From: an uncultured Verrucomicrobiae bacterium
GTDB lineage: Bacteria > Verrucomicrobiota > Verrucomicrobiia > Chthoniobacterales > UBA10450
Direction: 5' to 3'
Assembly: GCA_963772365.1 (NCBI GenBank)
Contig: CAVYXA010000001.1
Span: 1,216,001 to 1,280,000 of the forward strand
Length of the DNA stretch: 64,000 bases
Shown in pieces: positions 29,265 to 36,382 of the stretch. The position numbers and the translations under genes are program-made. Every line of letters starts with the position of its first letter. Position 1 is the stretch's first letter. A model generated the notes under the pieces. That model did not search any database. It was not told the origin of the DNA and saw only the letters and a list, made by a program, of their open reading frames with translations.

Positions 29265-29570
29265 AATTTTCTTTCTAGTTGAAAAGGTGCTTCCCGGCGG
29301 GAACCGCGGCATTTCATCTAACGAGAATAAGAAGAGCGACGGCGATCTTTGCAAAACAATACGGCGGGAGTGCGTGAGCGTGAAGACCTGAATCGCACTA
29401 GGGGAGCCGGGACCTTGGATGAAGTCCAAGCGAGCGCGCGCGTCGTGCCCGGTAGAAGTGTGGAAGTCATCAAGTCATCTCAAAAGTGGAAGCGTACAGC
29501 GGTCCGCCGTTCGCTCCATCGCCTAGATGGCATGTAAGGGTGCGGGCGAGTGGTTAAGCTCACCCGCACT

Positions 29571-30674
29571 ATGCAAAATACAATCGTTCATAACGAAGGG
29601 GCGACCTCACCCGAGGGCGCCGTTGGTAAAGTAAAGCTCCCGTGCTCGGTGATCAAGCTTGGACTGGACATGCACGCCCGGGTCTATGTGGTAGTGGCCC
29701 AATACGATCAGCTCTTGCCCAAGGCGCCTCGACGCTTTGCCCCTCCCGAGTTTGTTCCCTGGGTGGAAGCAGTGTTGCGAAGGGGTCACACGGTTCATGT
29801 GGTTTATGAGGCGTGCGGGTTTGGCTTCGGACTGTATCGGCAGTTGTGTGCCGCTGGAGCACATTGCTGCGTGATTGCGCCGCGCAAACTCGACGAACAG
29901 GGCACGGGAATAAAAACCGATCCGCGCGATGCTCTGACATTGTGTCAGCGGCTCTCGCGTTATGTGGAAGGCAACACCTGGGAACTGGCCGTGATTCGGG
30001 TGCCGAGCGAAGAAGAAGAACAGGCCCGGCATGTTTCGCGTCAGCGTGGCCAACTGGTGCATCATCGGCAGAAGCTCGAAGCCCAAGGGCGCTCGCTGCT
30101 AATCAATCACGCGCTGGCAGCGCCGGCTCATTGGTGGAAACAACAGACCTGGAGCCGATTGGGCAAACATCTGCCGGTCTGGATCAGGCTACGGCTGGAT
30201 GTGGCACGACCCGCTCTTTTGAGTTTAGAGGAGCAAATTAACGCCCTAACCAGTGAATTGGAAGCGGCGGCGGGGGCTTGCATACCGGCCGGGATCGGCA
30301 AACTCACCAGCGTGGTGCTCACTCGCGAGATCTGTAATTGGCACCGGTTTAACAATCGGCGCGCGATCAGTTCTTACACCGGACTGTGTCCCGGCGAGCG
30401 CAGCAGCGGGAGTAAACGAGTTCCGGGCAGTGTGACCAAACGAGGCAACCCGCGGCTAAGAGCCGCGCTGGTCGAGTGCGCCTGGCGCATGGTGCGTTTC
30501 CAGCCGCAATATCCACCAGTTAAAAAACGGCTCGCTATCCTGGCAAAGGACGCGCCCGCCACCGGCGCACAACGCAAAAAAGCCATCGTCGCTGTGGCCC
30601 GGCATTTGGCCGTCGATCTGTGGCGCGTGCACACCGGACGCTGTAGCGCAGCCCGGCTCGGCCTAATTAATTAA
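29571..30674 (+). CDS. IS110-family recombinase/transposase
   Basis: GLDMH, VYEACG, KTDPRDA (DEDD RuvC-like domain); SYTGLCP..RSSG, KRGNPRLR..LVE.AW, AIVAVARHL. Confidence 0.93.
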   Translation: MQNTIVHNEGATSPEGAVGKVKLPCSVIKLGLDMHARVYVVVAQYDQLLPKAPRRFAPPEFVPWVEAVLRRGHTVHVVYEACGFGFGLYRQLCAAGAHCCVIAPRKLDEQGTGIKTDPRDALTLCQRLSRYVEGNTWELAVIRVPSEEEEQARHVSRQRGQLVHHRQKLEAQGRSLLINHALAAPAHWWKQQTWSRLGKHLPVWIRLRLDVARPALLSLEEQINALTSELEAAAGACIPAGIGKLTSVVLTREICNWHRFNNRRAISSYTGLCPGERSSGSKRVPGSVTKRGNPRLRAALVECAWRMVRFQPQYPPVKKRLAILAKDAPATGAQRKKAIVAVARHLAVDLWRVHTGRCSAARLGLIN

Positions 30675-30960
30675 CTACTCAAGTTCGAGGGGAACAGTTT
30701 TGGAACGTGGCGCGTGTCCGGGATCTAACCTGAACCGTTAAAACGACGAGCTTCGTCGCTTTAGATTGGACCGCGCCAAAGTTCCGCTTCAGTCGAGACG
30801 GAATAAGTCACATTGCGCTGTCAAAATTAACATCGACATGCGCGGATAGGAGTATCAGCCGCTGAACAATCCAAAGCGCGCACCAAAAGCGGAAGCGTTC
30901 CTACCCAAGTTCAACCCCACAACCTGACAAACCAATGTAACCGTCATCCTCAAAACTTAT
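30675..30960 (+). ncRNA. candidate seekRNA/bridge RNA of the IS1111-type element
   Basis: Non-coding; two predicted stem-loop domains (30702-30785 and 30788-30866) at the position where IS1111-group elements encode their guide RNA. Boundaries are inferred. Confidence 0.6.
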
Positions 30961-30996
30961 CTTTGACACCCTTCATAGGGGTTAGATGATTAGCTG

Positions 30997-31320
30997 TCAT
31001 AATCTCACGAGCTTTTCTTCTGCGAGTCTCTGAACGAACGGCAATTCAGACTCGACGATCCAGAACTCATCTGGCGTGTCATGAAATCCGGCGAGTTCGT
31101 CCCGGCCTCGCTTCAATTTGAAATCGCGCGTCGCACGGATGCGGGCGTTCGTGCACCAACTCGCGATGAGCTCGGGAAACTTCGAGCTCGGATAACGCTT
31201 GCGGTCTATGATGGCTGTCGTGCCATCGGAGTATTCCTGGAGCAAACGCCGCAAGACCGCTGAGTAACGTTTCGTACGAATGGCAATCACCTTCGGCGAC
31301 TCGCGACGCGTCCACATCAT
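30997..31320 (-). CDS. cassette 4: hypothetical protein
   Basis: Fills the space between attC3 and attC4; ATG lies within GTTAGATG. Confidence 0.7.
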   Translation of the reverse strand: MMWTRRESPKVIAIRTKRYSAVLRRLLQEYSDGTTAIIDRKRYPSSKFPELIASWCTNARIRATRDFKLKRGRDELAGFHDTPDEFWIVESELPFVQRLAEEKLVRL

Positions 31321-31441
31321 CTAACGAGACACAAGATCAGCTACCGCGCCCGGGAGCGCGCGTGGCCGCAAGTTGAAGGTTCTAGCTACTCTCAGCGGGG
31401 AAGCAGAACGGGGCGCGGTTAGCTGCATCGCCTGGTTAGAC
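31319..31441 (-). other. attC3
   Basis: GTCTAAC caggc GATGCAGC ... GCTGATC ttgtgtctc GTTAGAT on the minus strand, 123 bp, imperfect palindrome. Confidence 0.9.
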
Positions 31442-31924
31442 CCCGTTACCATGCAGCGCGATGCGAGAAGGTGCCCACTTACCGGTGGTAACCTGCTTGC
31501 AAATCACGATCTCCCAAGACTCTGGCGACATCTTTCGTGTAAGCTCGACCGCGCGCGCCCATTCTGGTGTGCCAGGTCTGATAGAGTATGGCTGGTAGTC
31601 TTCGGGTCTCTGAGGCGCTTCCGATGCAAGCCACTTAACGTAAATCGTATATGCTTTCTTGTCCGAGTCGCTCATCTGAGCCCACGCGTCGTCAGGAACG
31701 AGCGCACGCAAAACATATTTTCGTGAGGACGGCTCTTCGACGACCTTCGGTGAGGCGAAAAACGAACTGCCGTCGTCGCCCGGGTCTGGATGCATCAGCG
31801 TGAATGCAAACGAAACCTTAAGACCCTGCTCGATGCGAGGATCCTTCTCCATAGCTCGCTGCAGGCGATCTTCGGCGCGAGCAAATACCGCCAGAGCTAG
31901 GAGTAGCGCGATGGGTAGCCTCAT
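31436..31924 (-). CDS. cassette 3 gene B: secreted hypothetical protein
   Basis: MRLPIALLLALAVFARA signal peptide; ATGA overlap with gene A; stop TAA lies inside the attC3 R'' box. Confidence 0.75.
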   Translation of the reverse strand: MRLPIALLLALAVFARAEDRLQRAMEKDPRIEQGLKVSFAFTLMHPDPGDDGSSFFASPKVVEEPSSRKYVLRALVPDDAWAQMSDSDKKAYTIYVKWLASEAPQRPEDYQPYSIRPGTPEWARAVELTRKMSPESWEIVICKQVTTGKWAPSRIALHGNGV

Positions 31925-32235
31925 AGAGGCTTCCCGTCGCGCTTTTCCCATCCGTCAATGTATCCAGCCTTGAAGCCGACTTTGTAGGCTTCAGATGCGT
32001 TGGGAACGGTGATCTTGAGAATGCTGTCGAGATACTCAAGGGTTGGCTTCGGGAAGCCTTCGCGTGCGCGCTTCGCGCCGATCGATCTTCCGAGGTTAAA
32101 TCCTTCGAGGGCGTCACGCTCTTCCTGCGGCGTGCCGACGCGGATGATCTCCGACTGCTCGCCAACCGGAGCCGCGGCAGCGGCGCCGCTGGCGAGCACA
32201 ATGCTGATAATGATGGTCGTGATAATGGTTTTCAT
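31921..32235 (-). CDS. cassette 3 gene A: secreted hypothetical protein
   Basis: MKTIITTIIISIVLASGAAAA signal peptide; G-F/Y-x-x-G motifs. Confidence 0.75.
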   Translation of the reverse strand: MKTIITTIIISIVLASGAAAAAPVGEQSEIIRVGTPQEERDALEGFNLGRSIGAKRAREGFPKPTLEYLDSILKITVPNASEAYKVGFKAGYIDGWEKRDGKPL

Positions 32236-32259
32236 GGTGGTATTGGTGTGGTGCTAGGG

Positions 32260-32383
32260 GTCTAACGAGAACAAGATGAGCGACGGCGGACGAGGGCGCG
32301 CGTCGCTCGGAGTGGAAGGGTGGAAGGCATCTCAAAAGTGGCGCGCAGAGCGGTCCGCCGTTCGCTCCATCGCCTGGTTAGAT
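32260..32383 (-). other. attC2
   Basis: ATCTAAC caggc GATGGAGC ... GCTCATC ttgttctc GTTAGAC, 124 bp; L'' carries the extra-helical G. Confidence 0.93.
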
Positions 32384-32417
32384 GACGGACGTTGCATCGT
32401 ATCGGACGTCGTCTCCA

Positions 32418-32630
32418 TCATCTTCTGATATTGTGACGCTCCATCAGAGAGCGAATTCCGAAGACGCTCAAGGCGACGGCACCGAGGATCAAAAAAATGA
32501 ACGCGCCGATGCTGGAAGCAGTGTGTGCGGCGGGAAATATTCTGCCGATCGCTATCGCGCAGAGCATGAGCCCGATGCATCCAAAAAGGATGCCGACGAT
32601 TTGGAGGTGCCTGATGCGCGACGAAGTCAT
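32418..32630 (-). CDS. cassette 2: small two-TM membrane protein (70 aa)
   Basis: ATG within GTTAGATG of attC1; two hydrophobic helices; basic tail. Confidence 0.7.
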   Translation of the reverse strand: MTSSRIRHLQIVGILFGCIGLMLCAIAIGRIFPAAHTASSIGAFIFLILGAVALSVFGIRSLMERHNIRR

Positions 32631-32751
32631 CTAACGAGAATAAGATGAGCGACGGCGGACGAGGGCGCGCGTCGCTTGTTTCATAATTCTTAATTCTTCC
32701 TTCAGCCTTGTCATGCGGCGGTCCGCCGTTCGCTCAATCGCATGGTTAGAC
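32629..32751 (-). other. attC1
   Basis: GTCTAAC catgc GATTGAGC ... GCTCATC ttattctc GTTAGAT, 123 bp. Confidence 0.93.
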
Positions 32752-32757
32752 GACATA

Positions 32758-33366
32758 TCAGTATGAGGCCTTCATGGCTTCCGATGCTGTAATGAATGCA
32801 TTTAAGTACCGGACAAGGCGCTTCCGATAATGCGCCATCAAAAACTGGCCAGGCTCCAGAAAGTTGTGCATGCCGTACTCTTTCTTGTACAATTCATGCA
32901 GACGCCGTCGTGCCTTGAAACTGTAGTGGGCCAAATAATTTCTAATGACGTAAACTTCGTCAATGAGCTTTGCGGTGGCTGGCGGTATTGCCGTGAAAGG
33001 GTTGCAGTGATCTGAGAGGATTTTCTTCGAAAATCCTTTCAGATCTCCGATGGATTTAAAATCTCGATAGCTATCGCCAAACACTAACACCTGACAAACG
33101 GCCTTGCTGGGGTGCTTCGGGAGATCCACGCCGAAGTAATTAGATAACTTCGAGCTGTCTACGTTAACGCAGTCTATGAGGTGCTCATCAACGAACGACT
33201 CCCAATAGGCGCAAATGCGAAGGAGAACTGATTCGGCAAGGTCTCGCTTTTCCTGCGCCGTCTTAATGACGCGCTCGGAATGCACAATCTTGGCCAGAAA
33301 TTGCAGGTATCGCAGCACGACGGCGTCGAACTTCTTGTGGTTGTGTTTGAGGTTCGCTTTGCGCAC
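32758..33366 (-). CDS. cassette 1: putative HEPN-domain RNase
   Basis: Helical 202-aa protein with AYWESFV near the N-terminus and an R-x4-H motif (IRNYLAH). Confidence 0.65.
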   Translation of the reverse strand: MRKANLKHNHKKFDAVVLRYLQFLAKIVHSERVIKTAQEKRDLAESVLLRICAYWESFVDEHLIDCVNVDSSKLSNYFGVDLPKHPSKAVCQVLVFGDSYRDFKSIGDLKGFSKKILSDHCNPFTAIPPATAKLIDEVYVIRNYLAHYSFKARRRLHELYKKEYGMHNFLEPGQFLMAHYRKRLVRYLNAFITASEAMKASY

Positions 33367-33374
33367 GCGTTGTC

Positions 33375-33432
33375 GTCTAACGAGAATTCGGCCGAATTAT
33401 TCGGCATTTAAAGGCGGAATTATTCGGTCTAA
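33375..33432 (-). other. attI
   Basis: GTTAGAC core at 33375-33381 with no attC arm, plus two 11-bp direct repeats GAATTATTCGG (33394-33404, 33417-33427), between cassette 1 and intI. Confidence 0.8.
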
Positions 33433-33437
33433 TCCGC

Positions 33438-33466
33438 TTGCCTTCCAGGGAAGCACCCGATAAAAA
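33438..33466 (+). promoter_or_regulatory. putative Pint promoter
   Basis: TTGCCT-17 bp-TAAAAA, ending 7 nt before ATG 33474. Confidence 0.45.
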
Positions 33467-33473
33467 CCGAATC

Positions 33474-34463
33474 ATGGCCACCATTGTGCCGCTGGGACTG
33501 CCGGTGGACAAGCCAAAAAAACTGCTCGATCAGGTGCGCGACGTGATGCGGCTCAAGCATTACAGTCTGCGCACAGAACGCTCCTATTCTGATTGGATTG
33601 GGCGCTTCATCCGCTTCCACCAGATGCGGCACCCGCGGGCGATGAGCGAAGTTGAGGTGAGCGCCTTTCTCACCCACCTGGCGCGGGATAGCCAAGTGGC
33701 AGCTTCCACCCAAAATCAGGCCCTTAGCGCGATCCTCTTCCTCTACCAGCAGGTGCTCAAGCAAGAGATTGGCTGGCTGGGCAATGTCGAGCGGGCCAGC
33801 CGACCGGCGCGACTGCCGGTGGTGCTCAGTCGCGAGGAAGTCGACAAAATCTTTGCGCATCTGCATGGAACGCACCGCCTCATGGCGGGATTGCTCTACG
33901 GGAGCGGGCTCCGATTAATGGAGTGCGTGCGCCTGCGAACCAAAGACATCGAGTTTGCCTATGCAAAAATCATTGTTCGCGACGGCAAAGGTATGAAGGA
34001 TCGGGTAACGATGCTGCCAGTCGCTCTGGCACCACCGCTGCAGCGCCATTTGCAGAAGGTCCAAGCGCAACACGAACAGGACTTGGAAGATGGTTTTGGT
34101 GAAGTTTACTTGCCGCACGCATTGGCGCGGAAATATCCCTATGCAGCGCGGGAATGGGCCTGGCAATTTGTCTTTCCCTCGACCCGTATTTCAAGGGATC
34201 CGCGCTCCAGTGCAAAGCGGCGGCACCATGTCGAGGAAAGTTCCCTCCAACTTGCCATGAAAAAAGCCGTCCGCGCATCGGGGATTAACAAGCCGGCCAG
34301 TTGTCACACTTTGCGGCATTCGTTTGCCACGCATCTATTGGAGAACGGCTACGATATTCGAACCGTGCAGGAGTTGCTCGGCCACAAAGACGTGAGCACG
34401 ACAATGGTTTACACCCACGTGCTCAACAAGCCGGGGTTGGGCGTTCGCAGTCCGCTGGATTGA
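33474..34463 (+). CDS. intI: integron integrase
   Basis: [29 protein letters not shown], IntI-specific insertion [51 protein letters not shown]. Confidence 0.97.
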   Translation: MATIVPLGLPVDKPKKLLDQVRDVMRLKHYSLRTERSYSDWIGRFIRFHQMRHPRAMSEVEVSAFLTHLARDSQVAASTQNQALSAILFLYQQVLKQEIGWLGNVERASRPARLPVVLSREEVDKIFAHLHGTHRLMAGLLYGSGLRLMECVRLRTKDIEFAYAKIIVRDGKGMKDRVTMLPVALAPPLQRHLQKVQAQHEQDLEDGFGEVYLPHALARKYPYAAREWAWQFVFPSTRISRDPRSSAKRRHHVEESSLQLAMKKAVRASGINKPASCHTLRHSFATHLLENGYDIRTVQELLGHKDVSTTMVYTHVLNKPGLGVRSPLD

Positions 34464-34505
34464 AAGCTCGAGGGGGCGAGATGTCTCCACTTTGCGCGGG
34501 TGCGG

Positions 34506-35219
34506 CTAAATCTCGATGATGCGAAACGGTTTGCCGTTTTTTCGGAGAACGGGTGCGGAGACATTGTAAACGGGAATGCCCGTTGCGGTAGCGCCGTCTC
34601 CGGTTCCGTTGTGGGCGTGGCCGTGGAGGACGGCGGTGACTCGAAACCGGTTGATCGGTTCCTCGAGGCGGCTGCATCCGAGGAATGGGAAGATTTCCGG
34701 ATCTTCGCCCTGAAGCGTCCCGCGAATGGGCGAATAATGGAGCACCGCGACCTTGCGGTCGGTTTGCAATTTGGCCAGGGCTTGTTCGAGATGCACAGCC
34801 TGATTGATTGTTTCCTGGACGAATTGTTTGATGAGCGGTTCGCCCCAGGCATTTAGCATTCGTCTGCCGAATCCACCGCCGAATCCGCACACGCCGGCGA
34901 AACCGACGCCTTCGATCTCGGTCGCAGCGCCTTCGAGCAAAATCACGCCGGCTTGATCAAGAACTTTGCGAACCAAATCCTGTTCGTTCGATTCGAAGTC
35001 GTGATTACCGAGCACGGCCAAAATTGGGATTCGCACTGCGGCGCGAAGATCGACAACCAGTTGTTCCGCTTCCTCGGCCAATCCGTAATCGGTTAAATCG
35101 CCGCACAACAAAAGGACATCCGCCGAGCGCGACATCTCGGCGAAATCGTCAGCCATTTGGCCGCGCGAATGTTTGCCGTAGTGAATGTCGGCCGTAGCGG
35201 CGATGCGAAGTTTGCTCAT
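34506..35219 (-). CDS. calcineurin-like metallophosphoesterase
   Basis: ADIH, GDLTD, GNHD, HYSP, HGHAH. Confidence 0.9.
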   Translation of the reverse strand: MSKLRIAATADIHYGKHSRGQMADDFAEMSRSADVLLLCGDLTDYGLAEEAEQLVVDLRAAVRIPILAVLGNHDFESNEQDLVRKVLDQAGVILLEGAATEIEGVGFAGVCGFGGGFGRRMLNAWGEPLIKQFVQETINQAVHLEQALAKLQTDRKVAVLHYSPIRGTLQGEDPEIFPFLGCSRLEEPINRFRVTAVLHGHAHNGTGDGATATGIPVYNVSAPVLRKNGKPFRIIEI

Positions 35220-35385
35220 GGCTCCGAGAATGAAAACGGATGCGCCGGCGGCGGCGGACGTTTAGCGGAACCCGACGGCTGTTAGCCCATGTCCTCATCG
35301 GCAGAGATGCCGATGCCACTGCTCTCGCACGGACGCGGCTACAAAATGCACGCACTGCCGGAGGCTGGCTCGTTTATCAATCTGG

Positions 35386-36174
35386 ATGACGAACAGATCG
35401 CATGAGCCGACCGCGCTCGATGATTTCTATCGCGCCTCGATGGAGGTATTGAATCGGGCCAACGTTCCGTTTCTGGTCGGAGGCGCATATGCTCTGGGCG
35501 TTTATACGAAGATTTCGCGGGACACCAAAGATCTCGATCTTTTCCTGCGACCGGCCGATGTCGATCCTGCGTTGAAAGCATTCGACCGGGCCGGTTATCG
35601 AACGGAAAAGACGTTCCCGCACTGGATCGCGAAAGCAAAACAAGACGAGTATCTGATCGATCTGATTTTTCGAGCCGGAAACGGTTTATGCGAAGTGGAC
35701 GATTCGTGGTTCCGGCGCGCCTGCGAGCAGGAAGTGCTCGGCGTCCGGGAAAAACTTTGCCCGGTCGAGGAATTTGTCTGGATGAAATCGTTCATCATGG
35801 AACGGGAACGCTTCGATGGCGCCGATGTTCTCCATTTGATCCAGAGCAGGGCGACCAAACTGGATTGGGCACACTTGATCGACTTGTTTGGCGAAGACTG
35901 GCGAGTGTTGTTCGCTCACCTGATCCTGTTTGGATACGTTTATCCAAGCGAGCGGCATCTCATCCCCGCAGATGTGATGGACGATCTTCTCGCGCGCGCT
36001 TCCGGGGACAAAAATCAGAGGCAGCTGGAACGGTTGTGTCGCGGCACATTGCTATCGCGCCGGCAATATCTCATTGACGTCGAGCAACGCGGTTTTCGCG
36101 ATGCGCGGTCGGACCAACGCGTTCAAATGAGTTGCGACGATATCAAACGCTGGACCGACGCGATAGCGCGGTAA
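35386..36174 (+). CDS. nucleotidyltransferase family protein
   Basis: PFLVGGAYAL...RDTKDLDLF (GG plus DxD), IDLIF. Confidence 0.82.
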   Translation: MTNRSHEPTALDDFYRASMEVLNRANVPFLVGGAYALGVYTKISRDTKDLDLFLRPADVDPALKAFDRAGYRTEKTFPHWIAKAKQDEYLIDLIFRAGNGLCEVDDSWFRRACEQEVLGVREKLCPVEEFVWMKSFIMERERFDGADVLHLIQSRATKLDWAHLIDLFGEDWRVLFAHLILFGYVYPSERHLIPADVMDDLLARASGDKNQRQLERLCRGTLLSRRQYLIDVEQRGFRDARSDQRVQMSCDDIKRWTDAIAR

Positions 36175-36205
36175 GGCAACCTCTGCTCGAAGGTCTCACC
36201 GATTG

Positions 36206-36316
36206 AAAAGCGACGCGAAGACGCGTGCGCACTCCTAAAGCTTCGCAAAACGAAAAAGTGCGCCGCAGTTTCGGACGCAGTCCTTTTGGAGTGCGAGGCG
36301 TCTTCGCGTCGCTTTT
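36206..36316. repeat. GGAG-type REP cluster
   Basis: AAAAGCGACGCGAAGACGCGTGCGCACTCC ... GGAGTGCGAGGCGTCTTCGCGTCGCTTTT. Confidence 0.85.
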
Positions 36317-36382
36317 CACGCCAGATAAAACACGCAGCCAGCCGATACCAATTCGAAAGCACCCACTCTTCACGCTATCCGA

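Larger units (their letters stand above)
29525..30979 (+). mobile_element. IS110-family, IS1111-type insertion sequence inserted in attC (ends +/-3 nt)
   Basis: DEDD transposase; subterminal imperfect IRs ATGTAAGGGTG (29532) / CACCCTTCAT (30967-30976), 7 nt and 3 nt in from the ends; no target duplication; long 3' non-coding region; TTGACA at 30963. Confidence 0.9.
29316..30987 (-). other. attC4, interrupted by an IS110-family element (29525-30979) and an insert of about 85 bp (29345-29429)
   Basis: R' ATCTAAC 29316-29322; 29430-29524 aligns with attC2; R'' GTTAGAT 30981-30987. Removing the IS restores CATCGCCT|GGTTAGAT as in attC2. Confidence 0.88.
28058..34463. mobile_element. complete integron: intI (+), attI and cassette array (-) with five attC sites
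   Basis: Integron integrase divergent from a run of short minus-strand genes, each delimited by related palindromic RYYYAAC...GTTRRRY sites. Confidence 0.95.

Noticed and set aside
29265..29429. N-terminal extension of the 369-aa ORF 28320-29429
   Set aside because: Reads through attC4 and its insert; the signal peptide indicates a start at 29264 (or 29312).
29345..29429. Group IIC-attC intron, because of a GTGCG motif
   Set aside because: GTGCG is internal to the insert, there is no domain V or RT ORF, and the position is not after the attC stem.
32114..32580. ORFs 32114-32335 and 32332-32580
   Set aside because: They read across attC2 and overlap better-supported cassette genes.
28058..32751. 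CRISPR array suggested by recurring TCTAACGAGAA.AAGATGAGCGAC repeats
   Set aside because: Repeats are about 123-bp imperfect palindromes separated by whole genes next to an integrase, so they are attC sites; no cas genes.
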